This document shows, one piece after another, positions 50,298-60,301 of a DNA stretch of 64,000 bases. A program made the translations under genes and the position numbers. How positions within the stretch are numbered: position 1 is the first letter of the stretch; the number at the start of each line of letters is the position of its first letter. Location: the NCBI GenBank assembly GCA_963924995.1, contig CAWUUU010000028.1:197-64196 (forward strand). The letters run 5' to 3'. This DNA is from an uncultured Opitutales bacterium. Lineage in GTDB: Bacteria; Verrucomicrobiota; Verrucomicrobiia; Opitutales; Seribacteraceae. Below the pieces are notes generated by a model, which had not been told where the DNA came from, made no database searches, and was given only the letters and a program-made list of their open reading frames with translations.

Positions 50298-51019
50298 ATA
50301 TTCTTTTAATTTCAGAGAAAGTTTCTTTTCTAAATTTGCCAACGGATGGGGAAACTGGTTCTCATATCACAAGGGTCCTAAATGCCCAAGAGGGAGATTC
50401 GATTGATATTGGAGTTCGTAATGGACCCAAGGGGAAAGCAACATTGCTATCTTTAAATAAGCAAAATTTAAAATTATCAATTAAATGGGATGACGACCAC
50501 CCCACTGACTTATTTCCAATAAGCTTACTAGTTGGGCTTTCCCGCCCGCAAACTTGTCGAAAAATTTTGGAACAAGCGAGTGCACTAGGGGTATCTAATA
50601 TGCATTTTTTTGTTTCCGATAAATCAGAACCCTCCTATCGAGATAGTAGGCTTTGGAAAACAAAGGAATGGGAGGAAAAAATACAAAAGGGAGTCGAGCA
50701 GGCGTTTTCCACTTTTATCCCCGAATGTGAAATTTGGTCTAATCTTGACGAATGTTTAGCCTCTCAACCTGGAAGTTCTTTTCGAATTGCTCTTGATAAC
50801 TATGAATGCTCGGGAACATTCCCCTGTTCACCTCAGCGGGACAAGATTGATCATTATACGATTGCAGTTGGAGCTGAGCGTGGTTGGTCGGATAATGAAA
50901 GGCAGAGATTGAGAAACTCCGGTTTTTTGCTTCTTTCTCTCGGACTTCGAGTCTTGCGCCAGGAAACTGCGGTAGTGGTTGCCTTGGGCCAAGTTCTCGG
51001 TCGATTTTGGAAATCTTAA
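50279..51019 (+). CDS. RsmE-family SPOUT methyltransferase (paralog 1)
   Basis: EQASALGV, GAERGWS and LGLRVLRQETA; start uncertain. Confidence 0.82.
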   Translation: MALSELNILLISEKVSFLNLPTDGETGSHITRVLNAQEGDSIDIGVRNGPKGKATLLSLNKQNLKLSIKWDDDHPTDLFPISLLVGLSRPQTCRKILEQASALGVSNMHFFVSDKSEPSYRDSRLWKTKEWEEKIQKGVEQAFSTFIPECEIWSNLDECLASQPGSSFRIALDNYECSGTFPCSPQRDKIDHYTIAVGAERGWSDNERQRLRNSGFLLLSLGLRVLRQETAVVVALGQVLGRFWKS

Positions 51020-51585
51020 CCCTCTATTTGAAAGAGTCGAAATAATGGAGACCCCTTTTTACTTTTCCCTATGGTTTTGATTAGATTCCATCCATCAAGG
51101 TTATATTTTTCTTCAGCAGGAGCCTCATGGATCAGAATCCCAGTTTTCTTAAGTATTTGATTTTGTTTAATTAGATCAAAAATTTGCGGACCAACTTGGG
51201 GAAAAAGGGAATAGGGTGGGTCGAGAAAAATTAGATCAAAAGAGGTTTTTTCATTCTTTAGGTACTCGATTACCTCTCGATTTTCAATAATTGCAAGACT
51301 TTGATCAACTTTTGCACTTTTACAGACACTGGAAATATTTTTTCTTAGGTTAATAATCGCTTTTCTATGGAATTCAACGAATGAACCCTGCTTCGCTCCA
51401 CGGCTAAGGGCTTCAAGTCCGTATGAACCAGTACCAGCAAACAAGTCAAGAAAATGGGTATCGATCACATTTTCACCAAAGGATGAGAATAATCTTTCCC
51501 GATTGGCATCCGTGGCCGGTCTAATTTCAATTCCCTTGGTTACCAATAAAGGAATCCCACGGGCTAATCCTCCGCAAATTCTCAT
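51016..51585 (-). CDS. rsmD: 16S rRNA m2G966 methyltransferase
   Basis: MRICGG, RPATDANRE, LDLFAGTGSYGLEALSRGA and DPPY. Confidence 0.92.
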   Translation of the reverse strand: MRICGGLARGIPLLVTKGIEIRPATDANRERLFSSFGENVIDTHFLDLFAGTGSYGLEALSRGAKQGSFVEFHRKAIINLRKNISSVCKSAKVDQSLAIIENREVIEYLKNEKTSFDLIFLDPPYSLFPQVGPQIFDLIKQNQILKKTGILIHEAPAEEKYNLDGWNLIKTIGKSKKGSPLFRLFQIEG

Positions 51586-51685
51586 GGGTTGATTTGGTTG
51601 AAATGATATAACTGAGTAACTTGCATGGTTTTCAAAAGACTGAGGAGGATTGCCAAAGGGGTATCTTTTTATTTAAACAAGAAAG

Positions 51686-52423
51686 ATGCCTCGTACAATG
51701 AGAACTTTTTTTGATTCGAACATTCTAGGTTCGAATGATTTTATTTATTTGGATGAAGTGGAAAGTCACCATTTAATGAAGGTTCTTCGTTTAAGGGAAG
51801 GCGATGAAGTGGAAGCGTTGGATGGACAAGGAAATAAATACCTTACTGAGATTTATAAAACAGATCATAAGCAAGTAGAGTTGAAAATTTTGAATAAAAA
51901 TTTCTTCGTCCAACCAAAGCCTACATTTCGATTAGCAGTTGCATTGGCTAAGGGCAATCGATGGGAAGATATGATCCGTCCATTGACTGAATTGGGAGTC
52001 ACTCGGATAACGCCCTTACTCACAGACCATTCCGAATATAAAAATATTGAAAAGAAACTGGATGCCAAAATTCAAAAATGGCAAAAAATTGCGATCGATG
52101 CATGCAAGCAATCTGGAAATCCGTGGATTCCCCACTTTGACTTGCCACAAACTTTTACACTTTTTCTAGAGAATGTTAAAGAGGAAGAAAAAGTTTTCAT
52201 AGGAAGTTTGTCAAAATTATCTAAACCTTTTAAGAATCTGGAAATAGGACCAATAGACCAAGTATCGATCTTAATTGGGCCAGAAGGTGGTTGGAGCGAA
52301 AAAGAGGCAGAACTTGCTGAAAAAAATGGATTTATATCTTTTAGTCTTGGCCCTAATACCCTTCGCCTAGAGACTGCTGCTATATGTGGATTGGCGGTTG
52401 CACGAGAAAGCTTCATTCTTTAA
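51686..52423 (+). CDS. rsmE: 16S rRNA m3U1498 methyltransferase
   Basis: HHLMKVLRL, TELGV, ACKQS, IGPEGGWS and LGPNTLRLETA. Confidence 0.92.
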   Translation: MPRTMRTFFDSNILGSNDFIYLDEVESHHLMKVLRLREGDEVEALDGQGNKYLTEIYKTDHKQVELKILNKNFFVQPKPTFRLAVALAKGNRWEDMIRPLTELGVTRITPLLTDHSEYKNIEKKLDAKIQKWQKIAIDACKQSGNPWIPHFDLPQTFTLFLENVKEEEKVFIGSLSKLSKPFKNLEIGPIDQVSILIGPEGGWSEKEAELAEKNGFISFSLGPNTLRLETAAICGLAVARESFIL

Positions 52424-52435
52424 TCTTTAAATCAT

Positions 52436-53878
52436 ATGTCGGTAGAATTTTCTGGAGAGCAAAAGTTACGAATCGTACTTGAGTCGATTATTAGAAATGT
52501 TCCGAAGGCGGAGCAGAGTAAGAAGTACGGTATATCCGAAGAAGAGTTTCAATCTTGGCACGATCATTTGATTCAAAATGGGGGGGGGATATTCGATGCC
52601 TCCGATCAAAATAGTTCAAGGAGACGCCACAGTAAGAAGAAGATGAGGCCATTGGCAAAACTCTTCCTTACTTTGAGTCTTTTGGTTAACCTTGGGCTAG
52701 TAATTGTTGGAATTGTCTATTCCATGAATGATGAGAAAGAACCCAATGAATTGATTCATGGTGAAACAACTTCAATCGATTCGCCAATTAATTTAGTAGA
52801 TCATTCTTCTGATGTCATTTCTCCAATTTCTGATGGGAAATCGAAAGAAGCAAAAAACGATTCTATTGATGTAATGTTGGAAAATGCTCGTGCACAACCA
52901 TTGCCTACAAAGAAACAGACTGGTGATATTGAAAATCTTCTTGCTTCACCTCAAGGCTTACCCGTTCCTTCTCTGATTCCTCCCGTTACTATTCCTGAGC
53001 CTGCGAACGAAGTTACTTTTTTAGGTAAGTCCTACGAGGGGAGGCATGTGGTCTATTTACTTGATGCAGGTACCTATGTCTTGGATGGGAATGAATCTAT
53101 TCAGCAATTTAATCAATCTAAAGAAGCTTTAATTTCTTCAATTTTAACTCTATCACCCAATTCATATTTCAACCTCGTATTATATTGGAATTTAAGAGAA
53201 GCAGCCGCACTTGGGAAAACGATTTTAAAGGCATCGCAAGAGAACAAAAAGTATGCCATCGATTGGATCACGAGTTTAGGAGATAATCCAGAATCTCTAA
53301 AAGTTGATAGAAATCAATATTATCCGAAAGAACTTTTATATGCCGACCCCGCGTCTGGTATTATTGGTCCATGGTATGGTTTAAGCACTGCAATTAGCTT
53401 CGATCCTGACTTAGTATTTGTTTTGGCGGGCAATTTACCAAATTATGACCGATCGGAGGTTCCGCGTTCCCATTACGAAGGCTTAGGTAAAGTTAATTTC
53501 GACAAATTACAGGGAGGGGGGACCTTTAGTTCGAATGTAAATGCCCTGAGTCGTGAAACTGCACGGAAATGGTTTTATGCGATTACCCCGATTACTTCGC
53601 TTCCTACCAATGAACAGGAGGTCGAGAAGGTTGCACTTGCTCGATTAGGTTTCGCTTCGAGTAGTGAAAATAAACCAGTCTATACCCCGTTAGCATGGGA
53701 GAAATCATTTGAAAATTTCTTGTCCGGATTAGAGGTCGGTTTTGATAGAATTCCTCAAACTCATTTTATGGTCAGTCTTCCAAAATATGTTTCTTGGCCA
53801 TCTCCTCTTTTGAACGCAGTGAAGGAATTTACAGAGAGTTCACGGGGGTCATTTTCACAAAATCTATTTTTACCTTAA
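52436..53878 (+). CDS. Membrane protein: N-terminal transposase-like HTH, single TM, vWA-like extracytoplasmic domain
   Basis: FSGEQKLRIVLE..AEQSKKYGISEEEFQSW HTH; basic stretch then TM; HVVYLLDAG..KEALISSILTLSPNSYFNLVLY is vWA-like. Confidence 0.6.
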   Translation: MSVEFSGEQKLRIVLESIIRNVPKAEQSKKYGISEEEFQSWHDHLIQNGGGIFDASDQNSSRRRHSKKKMRPLAKLFLTLSLLVNLGLVIVGIVYSMNDEKEPNELIHGETTSIDSPINLVDHSSDVISPISDGKSKEAKNDSIDVMLENARAQPLPTKKQTGDIENLLASPQGLPVPSLIPPVTIPEPANEVTFLGKSYEGRHVVYLLDAGTYVLDGNESIQQFNQSKEALISSILTLSPNSYFNLVLYWNLREAAALGKTILKASQENKKYAIDWITSLGDNPESLKVDRNQYYPKELLYADPASGIIGPWYGLSTAISFDPDLVFVLAGNLPNYDRSEVPRSHYEGLGKVNFDKLQGGGTFSSNVNALSRETARKWFYAITPITSLPTNEQEVEKVALARLGFASSSENKPVYTPLAWEKSFENFLSGLEVGFDRIPQTHFMVSLPKYVSWPSPLLNAVKEFTESSRGSFSQNLFLP

Positions 53879-53893
53879 GACGGGAGTATCTTT

Positions 53894-56044
53894 ATGCTTA
53901 ACGGGCATTTTAATAGATGGATAATTTTATTCATTCTTGTATTTTCTACATTTCATTTAAGTAATGCGCAGAAAATTGATGATTTAATTGAAGTCTCACT
54001 TCTTTCAGATGTAGAAAAAATAAAATCAGGAGAAAGTGCCTGGTTGATACTCCAAATTGATTTGGAACCAAAGTGGCATGCTTATTGGAAAACAGCAGGG
54101 CAAACTGGATTCCCCACAACCATCGAGTGGGTTGTACCCGATGGAGTAGAACTTGGAGAAGTTTTATTTCCTTCTCCGATGTTGTATCAATTCCAGGATT
54201 TAGTCAGTTATGTGCATGAAGATACTTTTTATCTGCTCACTCGTTTAGAAGTCGAACCGGATGCTGTCTTTGATCAAGATATCATTTCATTAACTGCACA
54301 ATTTTCGACCTTAATTTGCGACGAAGGAAATTGTATTCCTTTTAATAAAGAATTGGTCTTTGAAATTCCAGTTTCTCCAGAGACTATAAAATCAAAGGTA
54401 CATTCCGAAAAAGTTCAACTTGCCTTAGCCGAGTTACCCCAATCGCCACCCGTGGGTGGGCAAATTTCAGCATTGATACAGGATGATTCCATCGTTTTAT
54501 CCTTTGAGCATAGTTCTTTGAATAATTTAGACCTAGCCGGATTCAAATTTTTTCCTGAAGGAGATTTTATTACTCATGGAGAGAGGCAAAAATTCCAAAA
54601 AAATGGAGAAGGTCGGATTTTAGTCCAACTTTCTTTGGATTCATTCCCTGCAGGTTTTTCGACCCCAATAAAAGGATTACTCAATCATCACCAATTTCCT
54701 CAAGGCTGGTTAATTGATCTTTCAGTGGATCAAGTTTCTTATGGAGTTACCCAGGATAAAATTGAAGTCTCGAAATCCAATGAGATTCCTAAAGTAGAGT
54801 CAGGTTTTAATCAGCTTTTAATCATGCTCGGGCTTATTTTGGTGGCCATGTCAATTTGGCTTTATGGTAAAACAAACTACCCCGTTAAACCATCGTCAAC
54901 AAGGACCTTAGGTCGTGCTACTGCATTGAGTCTTTTGGTTTTTGGCGTCTGGCTTGGTTATCCTCAGAATAATACTGATACAGTTAATCAAATTGAATGG
55001 ATTCCATGGACACCTGAAAAAGAAGAATCTTTGCGTGCTGATGGACGACCCGTTTTTATCGATTTTACTGCAAGGTGGTGCATGTCATGCCAAGTAAATA
55101 AAGTAGTGTATAAGAAGAAAGCAGTCATTGAAAAGTTTAAGGAATTAAAAATTGTTGCCTTGCAAGCGGATTGGACAAAGCGAGGCCCCCTTATTTTAAA
55201 AGCTTTGCAGGAATTTAAAAGGGAAGGGGTCCCACTTTATGTTTATTATCCAGCTCGAGTTAAGAGTGAACCAGTAAAAGATGGGATTTTGTTTCCTGAA
55301 ATTTTAACTGAGAATATTGTGTTAACTGTTATTGACGAAGAGAAGCCGTTTTTGGAACCAGTGGGCGATAGTTTTTTGGCCATACTCGGTTTTGCTTTTC
55401 TGGGAGGAATAATTCTTAATTTAATGCCCTGTGTTTTTCCCGTTCTAGGGCTTAAAATTATGTCATTTGTAAAACAGGCGGGAGAAGATCACAAAAAAGT
55501 CCGATGGCATGGGATCATTTTTACCTTCGGGGTCATTCTTTCCTTTTGGATACTCGTTGGAATCCTACTCGGATTGAGAGAAACTTTTGATGGTGAGCTT
55601 GGTTGGGGCTTTCAATTACAGGAACCAGTTTTTGTCTTTGGCTTGTCCATTTTTCTCTTAATTTTTGCCTTAAGTTTGAGTGGAGTTTTTGAAATTGGCT
55701 TGTCTTTAACTGGAGTAGGGGGACAACTTTCTCAAAAATCCGGTTATCTCGGATCATTCTTTTCTGGCTTCTTAGCCACGATTGTGGCCACACCATGCAT
55801 GGCTCCATTTCTTGGAGCTGCTGTGGGTGCAGCCCTTGCAATGCCATGGGGTTCGGCATTTGTAGTATTTACAAGTATCGCTCTTGGGCTCTCAACTCCA
55901 TACTTACTACTTTCTATTTTTCCAAAATGGATAAGTCGTTTGCCCAAACCAGGTGAATGGATGAACACACTTAAGCAGGGTATGGCATTCCCTCTTTATG
56001 CAACCGTGGCTTGGTTGCTTTGGACTTTAAATAGTCTGATCTAA
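53894..56044 (+). CDS. DsbD/ScsB-family thiol:disulfide interchange protein with a rearranged domain order
   Basis: N-domain WHAYWK..ICDEGNCIP; thioredoxin DFTARWCMSCQVNK in the middle; TM domain LNLMPCVFP..ATPCMAPF..PKPGEWM at the C-terminus. Confidence 0.88.
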   Translation: MLNGHFNRWIILFILVFSTFHLSNAQKIDDLIEVSLLSDVEKIKSGESAWLILQIDLEPKWHAYWKTAGQTGFPTTIEWVVPDGVELGEVLFPSPMLYQFQDLVSYVHEDTFYLLTRLEVEPDAVFDQDIISLTAQFSTLICDEGNCIPFNKELVFEIPVSPETIKSKVHSEKVQLALAELPQSPPVGGQISALIQDDSIVLSFEHSSLNNLDLAGFKFFPEGDFITHGERQKFQKNGEGRILVQLSLDSFPAGFSTPIKGLLNHHQFPQGWLIDLSVDQVSYGVTQDKIEVSKSNEIPKVESGFNQLLIMLGLILVAMSIWLYGKTNYPVKPSSTRTLGRATALSLLVFGVWLGYPQNNTDTVNQIEWIPWTPEKEESLRADGRPVFIDFTARWCMSCQVNKVVYKKKAVIEKFKELKIVALQADWTKRGPLILKALQEFKREGVPLYVYYPARVKSEPVKDGILFPEILTENIVLTVIDEEKPFLEPVGDSFLAILGFAFLGGIILNLMPCVFPVLGLKIMSFVKQAGEDHKKVRWHGIIFTFGVILSFWILVGILLGLRETFDGELGWGFQLQEPVFVFGLSIFLLIFALSLSGVFEIGLSLTGVGGQLSQKSGYLGSFFSGFLATIVATPCMAPFLGAAVGAALAMPWGSAFVVFTSIALGLSTPYLLLSIFPKWISRLPKPGEWMNTLKQGMAFPLYATVAWLLWTLNSLI

Positions 56045-56046
56045 GA

Positions 56047-56391
<345 letters not shown>

Positions 56392-56411
56392 TTAGTTTCT
56401 TGGAAAAATAT

Positions 56412-57797
56412 TTAATTGAGCGTGTAAGCATTCTCTCCATGAAGTGCTTGGTCAAGCCCCTTTGTTTCATCTTCATCAGAAACTCGAATTCCACCAATTA
56501 ACGGAGATATAATTTTAATAATTAGATAAGTCGCGACAACGGACAGGGCGATGGCAGCGATACAACCTTGTAATTGAACGATAAATTGTTCATTGGCTGT
56601 CTCTAAGTTGATTCCAAGACCTCCAAAGTTTCCTTTGACGCCAAAGTAGGCAACCATCAAAGTTCCGAGAATGCCTCCTACTCCGTGAACCGCAGCAACA
56701 TCAAGCGAATCATCAACTCCAAGTTTTTCTTTAATAAACCCACAGGCAAAATAACAAACTAAACCTGCAGTTGCCCCGATTATAATTGCCCCCATGGGGC
56801 CTACGCTGCCAGAAGCCGGCGTAATGGTTGCCAAACCGGCAACCATTCCAGTTACAATCCCAACAAGACCAGGTTTTCCTGTTTTTTTCCACTCAATAAA
56901 CATCCAAACTAAACTTGCTGTAGCAGCAGACAAATGTGTGACCAACATTGCCATCCCGGCACTTTCATTTGCTGCGGCCGCACTACCTGCGTTAAATCCA
57001 AACCAACCCACCCAAAGCATGCAGGCACCGATCATCACCATTCCTGGATTATGAGGAGGCTTTAAATGCCTTGGGAAACCATGTCGGCGTCCGAGCATCC
57101 AAGCAAGAGTGAGAGCAGAAGAACCAGCGGTTGCATGGACCACAATACCTCCAGCAAAGTCAATCACACCTTTATTGGCCAACCATCCTCCACCCCACAC
57201 CCAATAGCAAACAGGGAAATAGACTGCAAGTAACCATAGCCCGCTAAAGAGAAGAACAGCAGTAAATTTAATTCTCTCCACAAATGCACCCACAATCAAA
57301 GCTGGTGTGATGATCGCAAAAGTCATTTGAAACATAATCCAAACTGTTTCGGGGAAATCTCCGTTGAGGTTTTCGACATTCAAAGTTTGTAAAAAGAATG
57401 AGGCGGTTCCACCAATCCAATCACTTTCTCCTGCGGTAAGAGATAAACTGTATCCACACACAACCCATAAAATAGAAGCAAGACACGCAATGGAAAAACA
57501 TTGCATTAACACAGACAATACATTCTTAGACTGGACCAAACCGCCGTAAAATAATGCTAAGCCAGGAAGTGTCATGAATAGTACTAGAACAGTGGCGGTA
57601 ATCATCCATGCGGTATTTCCTGTATCTAATTTAGATTCTTCGACAGGGTCACTCGTCGTAACTTCTTCTGTAATTACTATATTAGCTTCTGCGGAAGACG
57701 ATTGATTTTGATCCGCGTCTTGAGCAAATCCATAGCTAGTGATACTGAGCAGGATAAGAGAGGAGATAAGTGTGCGAAGGCAATGTATTACATTCAT
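56412..57797 (-). CDS. amtB: Ammonium transporter (copy 2)
   Basis: FQMTFAIIT, DFAGGIVVH, GWFGFNAGS and DDSLDVAAVHG. Confidence 0.96.
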   Translation of the reverse strand: MNVIHCLRTLISSLILLSITSYGFAQDADQNQSSSAEANIVITEEVTTSDPVEESKLDTGNTAWMITATVLVLFMTLPGLALFYGGLVQSKNVLSVLMQCFSIACLASILWVVCGYSLSLTAGESDWIGGTASFFLQTLNVENLNGDFPETVWIMFQMTFAIITPALIVGAFVERIKFTAVLLFSGLWLLAVYFPVCYWVWGGGWLANKGVIDFAGGIVVHATAGSSALTLAWMLGRRHGFPRHLKPPHNPGMVMIGACMLWVGWFGFNAGSAAAANESAGMAMLVTHLSAATASLVWMFIEWKKTGKPGLVGIVTGMVAGLATITPASGSVGPMGAIIIGATAGLVCYFACGFIKEKLGVDDSLDVAAVHGVGGILGTLMVAYFGVKGNFGGLGINLETANEQFIVQLQGCIAAIALSVVATYLIIKIISPLIGGIRVSDEDETKGLDQALHGENAYTLN

Positions 57798-57901
57798 TTC
57801 GGTTTTGGATTAATCAGGTTATTGCAAGTACTTGTATGTTATTGCGATAATGAACCAATTTAATGTTAGAGTGGTTAAGATCGCATTTCAGAACCGTTTA
57901 C

Positions 57902-57917
57902 TGCAAGAATCTTGCCA
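57902..57917 (-). promoter_or_regulatory. sigma54 -24/-12 promoter of amtB2-glnK2
   Basis: Minus strand TGGCAAGATTCTTGCA (GG-N10-GC). Confidence 0.75.
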
Positions 57918-58006
57918 TGAGCTAAATTCACTAAAAAAATGAATAAAATGCATACATTATTTCAACATTTCATTTCATTTACTCACCCTTAATTTTAAAA
58001 GTGTAT

Positions 58007-58040
58007 AAAAAAGGCCCGATTCCGAAGAATCGAGCCTTTT
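58007..58040 (-). terminator. Rho-independent terminator after glnK1
   Basis: Minus strand GGCTCGATTC-TTCG-GAATCGGGCC followed by TTTTTT; cUUCGg tetraloop. Confidence 0.88.
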
Positions 58041-58077
58041 AAGAATTTAATGTTAATCGGTGAGTACCGATGAATAA

Positions 58078-59884
<1,807 letters not shown>

Positions 59885-59945
59885 TTTGTAAGTTTATGAT
59901 TTTCAATTAATTATGTGTAATTAAGTTAGTGCTCGTGCAAGTGGT

Positions 59946-59962
59946 TGCAATACTCGTGCCAA
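59946..59962 (-). promoter_or_regulatory. sigma54 -24/-12 promoter of amtB1-glnK1
   Basis: Minus strand TTGGCACGAGTATTGCA, matching the TGGCACG-N4-TTGC consensus. Confidence 0.88.
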
Positions 59963-60099
59963 GAATTTAAAACTTTGAAAAATGTAAGAAATTTCCATGA
60001 ATAATTTTCATAGGTGGTCAAATTAAACACACTTGGTCGGTATCGAATTGGCTGTTTCAAGGTTCCTTGAGATTGGGGCACACAGACACCTTTTTGAGC

Positions 60100-60120
60100 T
60101 GTGAACTCAATGAGTTCACA
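60100..60120. promoter_or_regulatory. Perfect 10+1+10 palindrome, candidate upstream activator site
   Basis: TGTGAACTCA-A-TGAGTTCACA, about 140-160 bp upstream of the amtB1 sigma54 motif. Confidence 0.5.
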
Positions 60121-60301
60121 TAGTTTCTTTTATAGTTCTACTTGGTGCCCACAGTTTTTTATTTACCTAGGCAATTGCTTTGGTAAATAATTAGGTAAGG
60201 TCGGAGATCTATAATTTCTAAGTCAGTCCCAATTAATTGAGATAGGAGAGAAATAGAATCGATTTCGCATCAATCTGCGAAGATCATTACCTATTTAAAA
60301 A

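Noticed and set aside
52436-52600. IS3-family insertion sequence
   Set aside because: Only an HTH is present, in frame with a membrane protein; no DDE ORF, terminal inverted repeats or target duplication seen.
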